This document shows, in pieces, positions 35,459-43,384 of a stretch of DNA of 43,384 nucleotides. Under the pieces are notes generated by a model. That model worked only from the letters and a program-made list of their open reading frames with translations, had not been told where the DNA came from and did no database searches. A program made the position numbers and the translations under genes. Position 1 is the first letter of the stretch. Each line of letters begins with the position of its first letter. The stretch comes from an uncultured Bacilli bacterium. GTDB lineage: Bacteria > Bacillota_I > Bacilli_A > RF39 > UBA660. The DNA lies in assembly GCA_944359735.1 (NCBI GenBank), contig CALVTA010000001.1:1-43384 (forward strand), given 5' to 3'.

Positions 35459-35524
35459 ATATAGATTTATTGATCTATAAAATAATGAGTTTCTAGATAT
35501 CTCTTAACAAAAATCTAAATAGAA

Positions 35525-35554
35525 AATGTAGTTAAAAAATATCTTAACTACATT
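35525..35554. promoter_or_regulatory. perfect palindrome upstream of pncC (candidate operator)
   Basis: AATGTAGTTAA-AAAATATC-TTAACTACATT, with 11-bp arms and an 8-nt spacer. Ends 18 nt before ATG 35573. Overlaps a possible promoter (TTAACA 35504-09, 17 nt, TGTAGT 35527-32). Confidence 0.45.
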
Positions 35555-35572
35555 ATACGAGGAGGGAAATAG

Positions 35573-36046
35573 ATGAATTTTAAAGAAATTATTCATATTT
35601 TACAATTAGGACAAAAAACTATTGCTACAATGGAATCTTGTACTGGTGGAGGTGTGGTTAATGCTATTACTAATATGGAAGGAGCTAGTGAAGTTTTAAA
35701 ATATAGTGCTGTAACATATTCTAATGAATATAAAATCAAAATGGGTGTTCCTAAAGAAGTTATTGATAAATATACAGTTTACAGTATGGAGACAGCTATA
35801 GAAATGAGTAAAGCGATTACTCGTTTTGCTAATAGTAATTATGGTATAGGTATAACTGGTAAATTAAATAAGAGTGATCCTAATAATCCTACTGGTGATG
35901 ATAATACCGTTTATATTTCTATTTATGATAGAGATAATAATAAATTTTATAAAGAAAAGATGACAGTTAATAGAGAAAGCCGACAATTAAATAAAGAACA
36001 TGTTATAGATAAAATTATTAAAATGTTACTAGATATTATTAAGTAA
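35573..36046 (+). CDS. pncC: NMN amidohydrolase (CinA C-terminal domain family)
   Basis: TIATMESCTGGGVVNAITNMEGASEVLKYSAVTYSNEYK matches the CinA/PncC core. Confidence 0.8.
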   Translation: MNFKEIIHILQLGQKTIATMESCTGGGVVNAITNMEGASEVLKYSAVTYSNEYKIKMGVPKEVIDKYTVYSMETAIEMSKAITRFANSNYGIGITGKLNKSDPNNPTGDDNTVYISIYDRDNNKFYKEKMTVNRESRQLNKEHVIDKIIKMLLDIIK

Positions 36047-36072
36047 CATTTTTCTTAAAATTGTGTTATAAT
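36043..36072 (+). promoter_or_regulatory. candidate extended -10 promoter for nrtR-nadK
   Basis: TGtTATAAT (TG 36064-65, -10 at 36067-72). Weak -35 GTAACA (36043-48). Confidence 0.35.
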
Positions 36073-36099
36073 CAATTTATGAAGAAGAGGTGTAGTTTA

Positions 36100-36933
36100 A
36101 TGGAAAAAGTTTATAAAAGTGAAGAAGAATTCTTAAAAGATTATGATGCTAAAGCTTTTGACCAATTATCAATGACTGCAGATATTCTTTTAATTAGTGT
36201 TTCTAGTGAAGATGTAAGTAATTATCGTAAGAATAGTAAGAAAATGATGAGTGTCCTTTTAGTAAAAAGAGATGATTTTCCTTTTAAAGATAAATGGTGT
36301 TTACCTGGAGGATTTTTAGACCCTAATAAAGAAACTTTAGAAGAATGTGCTAAAAGGGTTTTAAAAAGAGAAACAAACCTTTCTAATATCTATTTAGAAC
36401 AGTTATATACTTATGATGCTATAGATAGAGATCCAAGAACAAGAGTAGTATCAACATCATTTATCGCTTTAGTTGATAAGAATAGATTAACAGAAATGAT
36501 TAATCCTAATGCTTGCTTTTTTGATGTTATATTTTTTGAAGAGAAAAATGATATTGTAGATATTTCTTTAACTAATGGAGTAGAGACTATTAATTTGTCA
36601 ATTAAAAAAGTTTTAAGAGAAAAGACTACTGATAGATATAATTTTAAATCACTTAAACGGACTCTAGCCTTTGATCATGATTTAGTAGTATTAGCAGGAA
36701 TAGAGCGTTTAAAAAATAAATTAAATTATACTGATATAGTCTTTAATATGATGCCTGAGTATTTTACATTAGGGGAATTACAACAGGTATATGAAGTAAT
36801 ACTTAATAAAAAATTATTAGATCCTGCTTTTAGAAGAATTATTAAAGATAAAGTAGTTAAAACTGATAAAATGACATCAGGTGAGGGACATAGACCATCA
36901 GTATTATTTAAGTATAGAAAGAAAAATGATTAA
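36100..36933 (+). CDS. nrtR: NrtR-type Nudix-related transcriptional regulator of NAD metabolism
   Basis: ATG 36100 lies 7 nt after AGAGGTG (the track starts at TTG 36061). Degenerate Nudix box GGFLDPNKETLEECAKRVLKRETN. C-terminal wHTH LAFDHDLVVLAGIERLKNKLNYTDIVFNMMPEYFTLGELQQVYEVIL...GHRPSVLFKY. Confidence 0.8.
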   Translation: MEKVYKSEEEFLKDYDAKAFDQLSMTADILLISVSSEDVSNYRKNSKKMMSVLLVKRDDFPFKDKWCLPGGFLDPNKETLEECAKRVLKRETNLSNIYLEQLYTYDAIDRDPRTRVVSTSFIALVDKNRLTEMINPNACFFDVIFFEEKNDIVDISLTNGVETINLSIKKVLREKTTDRYNFKSLKRTLAFDHDLVVLAGIERLKNKLNYTDIVFNMMPEYFTLGELQQVYEVILNKKLLDPAFRRIIKDKVVKTDKMTSGEGHRPSVLFKYRKKND

Positions 36934-37726
36934 AATAAATAGAATAAGATTATTTGTTAATGATAATTTAAAATCAAGAAAACTTGCTGATATTGTTAAA
37001 TCTAAATTAAAAGAAAACGACTTTAAAATCGTTACTAAAAATTATGATCTTGCTATTGCCATAGGTGGAGATGGAGCCTTTCTTCGTATGGTTAAAGAAA
37101 GTTGTTTTGATGGTAAATGTTACTATATTGGAATAAATACAGGAACACTTGGTTTTGCTCAGGAGATTAGTTTTGATGAGATAGATACTTTTATTAAGAA
37201 ACTTACTTTAGGAGAGTTAAAGTGTGATAAAATTGGGATAGGTGAAATAGAAGTAGAAACTAAGGATAGTACTTTTAAACATTTTACTTTAAATGAGATA
37301 GTTTTAAGAGAACAAGATCTTAATACAGCTAAATTTAAAGTCTTAATAAATGATGAATTATTAGAAAACTATGTAGGAGATGGACTATTAGTATCAACTT
37401 CATTTGGTTCAACTGCTTATAATCTTAGTTTTGGGGGTTCTATTGTCTATAATACTTTTCATACTTTACAACTAACACCTATCGCTCCATTAAATTCTAA
37501 AAGTTATAGAAGTCTTTTAAATTCCTTAATTGTTCCTTCTGATAAGATAATTTCTATAAGACCAGAAGTAGTTAGTAAAAATGTTCTTATTAGTATAGAT
37601 GGAGATAATTATAGATATAATGATGTAATAAGAGTAGATACTTATATGAAAGATAAAGAAATTAAAATACTTAGAATGAATGATTATGATATGATTAAAA
37701 AGATTAATGAGAAGTTTTTAAAATAA
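36926..37726 (+). CDS. nadK: NAD kinase
   Basis: ATG 36926 overlaps the nrtR stop (ATGATTAA); the track starts at 36881. AIGGDGAFLR and GDGLLVSTSFGSTAYNLSFGGSIV. Confidence 0.9.
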   Translation: MIKINRIRLFVNDNLKSRKLADIVKSKLKENDFKIVTKNYDLAIAIGGDGAFLRMVKESCFDGKCYYIGINTGTLGFAQEISFDEIDTFIKKLTLGELKCDKIGIGEIEVETKDSTFKHFTLNEIVLREQDLNTAKFKVLINDELLENYVGDGLLVSTSFGSTAYNLSFGGSIVYNTFHTLQLTPIAPLNSKSYRSLLNSLIVPSDKIISIRPEVVSKNVLISIDGDNYRYNDVIRVDTYMKDKEIKILRMNDYDMIKKINEKFLK

Positions 37727-37731
37727 TTGTA

Positions 37732-38412
37732 TTAGAGATATTTATATATCTTAACAATATAATTATTTTTTTTAGTTTGCTTAACTTTACCAAGATATTT
37801 AAACTTACCATATTTTCTAATACTAAAAATATCTTCTTCTTTTAAAAGATAAGAAGGATTGGTTAATATTTCATAGTTTAAAATAATCTCTTTGTTCTTA
37901 AATTTATCTTTTACTTTACTTCTAGATGTGTTAGTAATATTAGATACTATAGTATCTATTCGTTCACTTTTGATGATTAACTCTAGCTCTTTAAACTTTC
38001 TTTTATAATCTCTTAAACTATTAATATTTATTTCTTTTAATTCAATGTAATTGTTCTTAATTTTATTAAAATTAGTTAAAAAATAATCTTTCATAGAATC
38101 TAATAAATAAAAGTAATAGTTATTATCATCTATTATAATATCTCCAAATATTTCCTTGTCTATATTTAAAGAGAAGATACTACCTAAAATATCTTGATGT
38201 CTTAAAGTTTCTTTAGTTATTATTTTAAATAATACTACTTTAGGTAGTGTTTCTTTATAAAATATTATCTTTTCAGCTTCTTCAAAAGGTTTAAAAATAT
38301 TAAACTCATCTTTTTTTAAGTATTTATTAACTTCTTTTATCTCATTAGGTTCTAAAAAGAAAGTAGGTTCTCCTCTTTTTAATCTATCTATATTTTTTTT
38401 TATGTTATACAT
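37732..38412 (-). CDS. ylmH: YlmH-like RNA-binding S4-domain protein
   Basis: LRHQDILGSIFSLNIDKEIFGDII (the YlmH HRDxLGxxxxLGIxRExxGDI motif). C-terminal S4 domain RIDTIVSNITNTSRSKVKDKFKNKEIILN. Confidence 0.65.
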   Translation of the reverse strand: MYNIKKNIDRLKRGEPTFFLEPNEIKEVNKYLKKDEFNIFKPFEEAEKIIFYKETLPKVVLFKIITKETLRHQDILGSIFSLNIDKEIFGDIIIDDNNYYFYLLDSMKDYFLTNFNKIKNNYIELKEININSLRDYKRKFKELELIIKSERIDTIVSNITNTSRSKVKDKFKNKEIILNYEILTNPSYLLKEEDIFSIRKYGKFKYLGKVKQTKKNNYIVKIYKYL

Positions 38413-38503
38413 AGTTATCCCTTCTTAATTTGTTTCTTATTTTATCATATATTTCTTTTTTTGAAAAATTAGTGTAAAATGAAATAGTAAAGGTAGTGAT
38501 AAT

Positions 38504-39883
38504 ATGTATGATGTAATAGTAGTAGGAGCAGGTCCTGCTGGGCTTTTCGCTTCCTTAAATCTTGCTCGTAATAGTAAATTAAAGGTATTACTTGTAGATG
38601 AAGGGAAGTTTAGTGAAAAACGTGTTTGTCCAATGAATTCTAAAGGAACAGCATGTGTTAATTGTAATCCTTGTAATATCTTATCAGGATATGGAGGAGC
38701 GGGCACTTTTTCTGATGGGAAACTTAACTTTATTCCTAAGTTAGGTAAAACAGATTTATTTAAGTATATGGAGAAGAGTGATGCCTATAAACTAATTGAT
38801 GAAGTAGAATCTATCTTTAATGAATTTCATATGGATAGCGAGACCTATCCTAGTAATAAGGATGAAGCTTTAATGCTAGATGAAAAAATTGCTAAAGCAG
38901 GAGCTAATCTTTTGATTATTAAGCAAAAACATTTAGGAAGTGACTATTTACCTAAATATATTGAAGATATGGAAAATACTTTAAAAGAGTTAGGAGTTAC
39001 TCTACTCGATAATTTTAAATGTACTGATATAAGAAAAGATAAAGATTATTATATTGTATCATCAAAGAATAGAGAATATAAAGCTAAAAATGTTATTGTT
39101 GCTCCTGGTAGAACTGGTGCTAAATGGGTACAAGAGTTAGCAGATAAATATAATATTCCATATACATCTCAAAGTATAGAGATAGGTGTTAGAGTAGAAG
39201 TTAGAAAAGAGATATTAAAAGAAATTACAGATATTATTTATGATCCAACAATCTTTATTAAGACTAAAACTTATGATGATGAGATTAGAACATTTTGTAC
39301 TAATCCAGGAGGTTTTGTGGCAAAAGAAAATTATTATGGATATATCTGTGTAAATGGTCATGCTTTAAAAGATATTAAATCATCTAATTCTAATTTTGCT
39401 TTTATATCTAAAATTAATTTAACAGAACCTATTACTAATACTAGAGAATATGGTGAATCTATTGCTAAACTATCTAATACTCTTGGTGGAGGTAAGCCTA
39501 TTTTACAAACTCTTAAAGATTTAAGAAGAGGAAGAAGATCTACTAAAGAGAGAATTAAGAAAAACTATGTTGAACCAACTTTAACAGATTATACAGCAGG
39601 GGATTTAGCATTAGCTTTACCTCATAGAATTATTACTAATATAATAGAAGGACTTGAGGTTTTAGATAGAATAATTCCTGGTGTTAATAATGGAGAAACA
39701 TTATTATATGGTCCAGAGATAAAATTTTTTAGTAATGAGATTGCTACTGATAATAATATGAAAATAGATAAAGAAAATATTTATTTTGTAGGAGATGGAG
39801 CAGGGAAAGCTGGTAATATTGTAGCAGCAGCAGCGACAGGATTAATTGCTGCTAAAGATGTGGTAAGAAGGAGTAAGGAATGA
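38504..39883 (+). CDS. FAD-dependent oxidoreductase (COG2509-like)
   Basis: N-terminal YDVIVVGAGPAGLFAS dinucleotide fold and C-terminal FVGDGAGKAGNIVAAAATG. Confidence 0.75.
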   Translation: MYDVIVVGAGPAGLFASLNLARNSKLKVLLVDEGKFSEKRVCPMNSKGTACVNCNPCNILSGYGGAGTFSDGKLNFIPKLGKTDLFKYMEKSDAYKLIDEVESIFNEFHMDSETYPSNKDEALMLDEKIAKAGANLLIIKQKHLGSDYLPKYIEDMENTLKELGVTLLDNFKCTDIRKDKDYYIVSSKNREYKAKNVIVAPGRTGAKWVQELADKYNIPYTSQSIEIGVRVEVRKEILKEITDIIYDPTIFIKTKTYDDEIRTFCTNPGGFVAKENYYGYICVNGHALKDIKSSNSNFAFISKINLTEPITNTREYGESIAKLSNTLGGGKPILQTLKDLRRGRRSTKERIKKNYVEPTLTDYTAGDLALALPHRIITNIIEGLEVLDRIIPGVNNGETLLYGPEIKFFSNEIATDNNMKIDKENIYFVGDGAGKAGNIVAAAATGLIAAKDVVRRSKE

Positions 39884-40161
39884 GAGAATATGTGAAGAAA
39901 TATATAGATGATGTAGATATTAAAATTAAAAATTGTCATAAATTTTCTAATGATGAAATAGATGACTTTCTATTTAAAATTGAACTTTTTCAAAAAGAAA
40001 GGATAATTCACTTAGTTATAACTTTATCATATGTTTTTTTTACAATTCTTTTTTTATTTATAACTAAGTATATCTTTATGATGTTTATTGTTTTCTTTAT
40101 TTTGCTTATCTTTGATGGATTTTATGTGTATCATTATTTCTTTTTAGAAAATAATGTGTAA
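39880..40161 (+). CDS. small membrane protein, unknown function
   Basis: ATGA overlap with the upstream gene. Two hydrophobic helices in the C-terminal half. Confidence 0.5.
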   Translation: MREYVKKYIDDVDIKIKNCHKFSNDEIDDFLFKIELFQKERIIHLVITLSYVFFTILFLFITKYIFMMFIVFFILLIFDGFYVYHYFFLENNV

Positions 40162-40231
40162 TATATGTATAAACAGTATGATAAAATGAAAATAAATGTT
40201 ATAATAAAAAAGAATAGGAAAGAGGGATAAT

Positions 40232-41020
40232 ATGAATTTACAAGGAAAAATTGCAGTTGTAACAGGAGGAGCGATGGGTAATGGTAAAGGTATTGTGGAA
40301 TCATTACTTAAGTATGGAGCATCTGTTGTTATTTTAGATAAGTCAAGTGAATTAACTAATACTGTTAATGAATTAGGTTCTAAAGGATATAAAGTATTAG
40401 GTATTAATGTTGATATAAGTAATAAAAATATATTAGTACAAGTTGTGGATATTATTAAAAAATATTATGACCATATTGATATACTAGTAAATAATGCTGG
40501 TATTTGTAAGTTAGATACATTTGAAAATATGACTGATGAGTTACGTGACTTACATTTTGATATTAATATTAAAGGTACTTGGAATGTTACTAAAGTATTA
40601 CTTCCTATGTTAAGAGCAAGTGGTAAAGCAAGTATTATTAATTTATCTAGTGTTACTGGTCCTATGGTTGCAGATTCTGGAGAAGTAGCTTATGCTACTA
40701 CTAAAGCTGCTCTTGTTGGTTTTACTAAGGCTCTTGCTCGTGAAGAAGTTGATCATAATATTAGAGTTAATGCTATTTTACCTGGATATATTAGAACACC
40801 TATGGTTGATGGTATGGCAAAAGAAACTAATCCTAATGATCCTCAGAGTGTTATAAACGGTATTGCAAATGCTATTCCTATGAAAAGATTAGGAAATCCT
40901 AGTGAATTAGGAGAACTTGCATGTTTTCTTGCTAGTGATTCATCTAGTTATATAACAGGTACTAGTATAGTAATAGATGGTGGTTCTACTTTACCTGAGA
41001 CTGTTACTATGGGAGTTTAA
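40232..41020 (+). CDS. ucpA: SDR-family oxidoreductase, UcpA-like
   Basis: VVTGGAMGNGKG, NNAGI and YATTKAA (YxxxK). The long C-terminal string ILPGYIRTPM...IPMKRLGNPSELGELACFLASDSSSYITGTSIVIDGGSTLPETV closely resembles E. coli UcpA as I recall it. Confidence 0.8.
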   Translation: MNLQGKIAVVTGGAMGNGKGIVESLLKYGASVVILDKSSELTNTVNELGSKGYKVLGINVDISNKNILVQVVDIIKKYYDHIDILVNNAGICKLDTFENMTDELRDLHFDINIKGTWNVTKVLLPMLRASGKASIINLSSVTGPMVADSGEVAYATTKAALVGFTKALAREEVDHNIRVNAILPGYIRTPMVDGMAKETNPNDPQSVINGIANAIPMKRLGNPSELGELACFLASDSSSYITGTSIVIDGGSTLPETVTMGV

Positions 41021-41072
41021 ATAAGAGTAATTTAATAATATGTAAATAGTAAATAATTTTGAGGAGTAAGTT

Positions 41073-41798
41073 ATGAATAATAGAAATAATAATATAGAAA
41101 ATAATGAAGTGAATACAACACCTAACAATACAGTAAATCAACAAGTAACAAATGAAACAAATCAAAACTCTAATATTAATAATACTTTTTTAGCTCGTAT
41201 TTTTCCTATAATAATTATTGTTGTTGTTATAATTATAATATTAGCATTATATATGTTTAATAGGAGTAATTTATCTGCTAATAATAAAAATTATGAATAT
41301 GGAACTAATGAAAATGTAGATAATGATTATACTAAAATTAGTGCTCTTGATAATATAGATTTATTTAATGATGCAGAAATTGAACTAGATGATACTAACT
41401 ATATAAATAATATTTTTTCTATGACGTTTTCTGATAAGTTTGTAAAGAATCCTAATACTAATTATTTATATGATTATATTTATAAAACTGATAATATTAA
41501 TAGTAACTATATGTGTAGAGCATCTTTTACTAAGATTAATAGTTACAAGTCTATAGATGATGTAAAAACAAAATTAATTAAACATTATAGAGTAGAAGAG
41601 AATAATGAATTTAAGAATGTTAATGGAACATTTTTCCAAGTTATTAATATTAGTGATAATAATAATCTTTATCAGGTATTATTATATGAAGAAAATAAAG
41701 AAGTTTTTGCATATACGACAATTTCTTATGGTGATTTTAATGAGGATAACTGTTTTGAGTACAGTAATAATGAATTAAATAATTTATGGCATAAATAA
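41073..41798 (+). CDS. Asn-rich bitopic membrane protein, unknown function
   Basis: RBS GAGGAG. N-rich leader, a TM (IFPIIIIVVVIIIILALYMF) and a domain of about 170 aa. Confidence 0.55.
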   Translation: MNNRNNNIENNEVNTTPNNTVNQQVTNETNQNSNINNTFLARIFPIIIIVVVIIIILALYMFNRSNLSANNKNYEYGTNENVDNDYTKISALDNIDLFNDAEIELDDTNYINNIFSMTFSDKFVKNPNTNYLYDYIYKTDNINSNYMCRASFTKINSYKSIDDVKTKLIKHYRVEENNEFKNVNGTFFQVINISDNNNLYQVLLYEENKEVFAYTTISYGDFNEDNCFEYSNNELNNLWHK

Positions 41799-41823
41799 AG
41801 AAGCATTTAAGCTTCTTTATTTA
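41792..41823. terminator. bidirectional terminator between convergent genes
   Basis: TAAATAAAGAAGC (41792-804), loop ATTTAA, GCTTCTTTATTTA (41811-23). 13-bp perfect arms overlap both stop codons. Confidence 0.7.
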
Positions 41824-42016
41824 AATTAGTTTCTAAAATATTTAACATTTCATTTTTCATCTCTTCAGTTGCATTATTCCAAATTATTTCCATAAATACT
41901 CCCATACCAGGTAGAGTTACTTCATCTTTTGAATTGATTGATTCAACTATCGCTTCTTTAATCGCTTCCTTATTATCATTTTTAAAATTATTTAAAATAT
42001 AATCTTTTATACTCAC
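41807..42016 (-). CDS. sspI: small acid-soluble spore protein I family
   Basis: GTG 42016 lies 8 nt after GGAG (the track starts at TTG 42046). LPGMGVFMEIIWNNATEEMKNEMLNILETNL closely parallels B. subtilis SspI (LPGLGVLFEVIWQHA...), recalled from memory. Confidence 0.7.
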   Translation of the reverse strand: MSIKDYILNNFKNDNKEAIKEAIVESINSKDEVTLPGMGVFMEIIWNNATEEMKNEMLNILETNLNKEA

Positions 42017-42110
42017 AAAATCATCTCCTAGACATATCTTTACCAATATTTTTTAATTTATACTATATTTTTTTTGATTAATTTTATATAATTTTAATAG
42101 GAGGGATAAA

Positions 42111-42674
42111 ATGTCAACAGGAATGATTATAGGTATTGTAATAGTTGCAATTATCATTATTTTAATAATTTGGTATGTAGTAACATATAACTCTTTAATT
42201 GAGCTTAGAAATAGAGTTAAAGATCAGTGGAGTCAAATAGATGTTCAATTAAAAAGAAGAGCAGATTTAATTCCTAATTTAGTTGAGACTGTTAAAGGTT
42301 ATGCTAAACATGAAAAAACTACTTTAGATGATGTTATTAATGCTCGTAATAGTTTTAATACAGCATCAACTAAAGAGGAGGAGATAAAAGCTAGTGGTGA
42401 ATTAACTGGTATGTTAAATAGATTATTCGCTCTTGCAGAAGCATATCCAGATTTAAAAGCTAACCAGAACTTTGTTTCACTTCAAAATGATTTGAGAGAT
42501 ACTGAAGATAAAATAAGTACAATGAGACAATTTTATAATGATACAGTACTTACTTATAATAATAAGGTGCAAACTATTCCAAGTAATATAGTGGCAAAAA
42601 TTTCTCATTTTAAAGAAGAAGCTTTCTTTGAAATAGATGAGAAAGATAAAGAGACACCTAAAGTCTCATTTTAA
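42111..42674 (+). CDS. lemA: LemA family protein
   Basis: N-terminal [45 protein letters not shown] and [24 protein letters not shown] are LemA signatures. Confidence 0.85.
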   Translation: MSTGMIIGIVIVAIIIILIIWYVVTYNSLIELRNRVKDQWSQIDVQLKRRADLIPNLVETVKGYAKHEKTTLDDVINARNSFNTASTKEEEIKASGELTGMLNRLFALAEAYPDLKANQNFVSLQNDLRDTEDKISTMRQFYNDTVLTYNNKVQTIPSNIVAKISHFKEEAFFEIDEKDKETPKVSF

Positions 42675-42676
42675 GA

Positions 42677-42700
42677 CTTGCTTTATGCAAGCTTTTTTTC
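42677..42700 (+). terminator. weak intrinsic terminator or attenuator after lemA
   Basis: CTTGC (42677-81), loop TTTAT, GCAAG (42687-91), then CTTTTTTT. Confidence 0.35.
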
Positions 42701-42715
42701 TAAGGAGAGAGATTT

Positions 42716-43384
42716 ATGAATAAAGGAGTAAAGGTAGTAATAATTATTATTGCATTTTTAGCGATTGTATTTTTACCAACAATCATTTCATCTTTTGATA
42801 GTGAACCTACTGATAAGTTTTTAAGTGAAATAAAAATAAATGAAGATGGTTCAATTAAAGTTAGAGAGCTTATCAAAATGAATGGTGAGTATAATGGTAT
42901 GGAGCGAGATATTAGTTATGCTAATTCTAGTAGTGAGCCTTATACAGGAAGTATAAGTGCTATAAGAGGGAATAGTACATTATATGATGGAAGTGGTATT
43001 ACAGATATTAAAGTAGGTTCTATTAGTGATGATGGGGATTTAACATTTGATGATTTTAATAGGGATATTAACTATTTTGATGAAGTTAGTTATGCTAGTA
43101 ATGGGACAGCTTCTAAATATACATTTAATACCTTTATGGATGAAGTTAATTTAAAGCTTTTTAATCCTAGTGATTTAGATGAAATCTTTTATATTGAGTA
43201 TACTGTAACAGATGTAGTAGTTGTTCATAACGATATTGCAGAACTTGCTTGGAATACACTAGGTGATGGTTATAGAGAAAATATAGGAGATTATGAGGTT
43301 AAAGTAGTATTACCTAATAGTGATAGTGATTATAGAGTATGGTTACATGGACCTTTAAATGGTAATATAGAAAGAACTAATAAT
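42716..43384 (+). CDS. DUF2207-type membrane protein (5' part; runs off window)
   Basis: RBS AAGGAGAG. N-terminal TM. Open to the last base. Lies directly downstream of lemA, the usual gene pair. The track omitted it because it has no stop. Confidence 0.7.
   Translation, partial: MNKGVKVVIIIIAFLAIVFLPTIISSFDSEPTDKFLSEIKINEDGSIKVRELIKMNGEYNGMERDISYANSSSEPYTGSISAIRGNSTLYDGSGITDIKVGSISDDGDLTFDDFNRDINYFDEVSYASNGTASKYTFNTFMDEVNLKLFNPSDLDEIFYIEYTVTDVVVVHNDIAELAWNTLGDGYRENIGDYEVKVVLPNSDSDYRVWLHGPLNGNIERTNN

Larger units (their letters stand above)
33960..35524 (-). mobile_element. IS110-family insertion sequence (maximal interval; true ends lie inside and cannot be fixed from one copy)
   Basis: A single DEDD-type transposase gene with a long 5' non-coding end and a short 3' end. 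Lies antisense between nadD and pncC. No terminal inverted repeats are expected for this family. Confidence 0.6.

Noticed and set aside
37733-37755. AGATAT-TTAT-ATATCT hairpin between convergent nadK and ylmH-like genes, considered as a bidirectional terminator
   Set aside because: The stem is almost entirely A-T (6 bp, a single G-C pair) and lies inside the ylmH-like coding sequence. It is too weak to call.
38437-38706. 89-aa - strand ORF overlapping the start of the FAD oxidoreductase gene
   Set aside because: It is antisense to the GxGxxG-coding region (hence the Pro/Ala/Gly-rich product). It has no RBS, and the + strand gene has clear motifs.
1-43384. CRISPR arrays, rRNA or tRNA genes, and the Mollicute genetic code (TGA as Trp)
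   Set aside because: I saw no regularly spaced direct repeats and no GC-rich stretches of 70-90 nt with cloverleaf potential. TGA clearly terminates well-supported genes (for example at 18031-33, 29523-25, 30110-12 and 31363-65), and Trp is encoded by TGG throughout.

Overview
The window is AT-rich DNA that looks Bacillota-like and uses the standard genetic code (TGA acts as a stop and TGG encodes Trp). Nearly all genes are on the + strand. All family calls come from motif recognition by eye, because no database search was possible.

Block 1 (331-25559) is a tightly packed train of 22 co-directional ORFs. Gaps are 2-160 nt and several stop/start codons overlap. It joins three modules.
- (a) A surface module: a polytopic membrane protein, an Ig-like DUF5011-type protein, a class-B-like sortase and a 934-aa secreted protein with 29 cysteines.
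- (b) A Tad/Flp (type IVc) pilus-like module: CpaB, CpaF/TadA ATPase, TadB-like, TadC-like, a 49-aa Flp-like ORF missing from the ORF track, TadE-like and TadZ-like. No prepilin peptidase is present.
- (c) A Gram-positive conjugative T4SS: a VirB2/pilin-like two-helix protein in its own promoter-terminator cassette, a secreted protein carrying the same two-helix module, VirB6-like, PrgI/VirB3-like, a split VirB4, an M23+glucosaminidase-like wall hydrolase, two small bitopic proteins and a VirD4/TraG coupling protein.

No relaxase, integrase or replication gene lies in the window.

Block 2 (25.6-27.3 kb) is an AT-rich junction with two orphan ORFs.

Block 3 (27.3-37.7 kb) is an NAD salvage/regulon island: pncA-pncB-nudix-radical SAM-nadE-nadD, then an antisense IS110-family insertion, then pncC-nrtR-nadK.

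Block 4 (37.7-43.4 kb) holds housekeeping genes: ylmH-like, an FAD oxidoreductase, a UcpA-like SDR, sspI, lemA and a DUF2207 protein.

The best novelty candidate is the physical fusion of a Tad-like pilus module with a monoderm conjugative T4SS, a system type normally described as pilus-less. Secondary candidates are:
- the duplicated pilin-like hairpin module;
- the orphan sortase and the Cys-rich protein;
- a radical SAM gene translationally coupled inside the NAD operon;
- a candidate IS110 bridge RNA.
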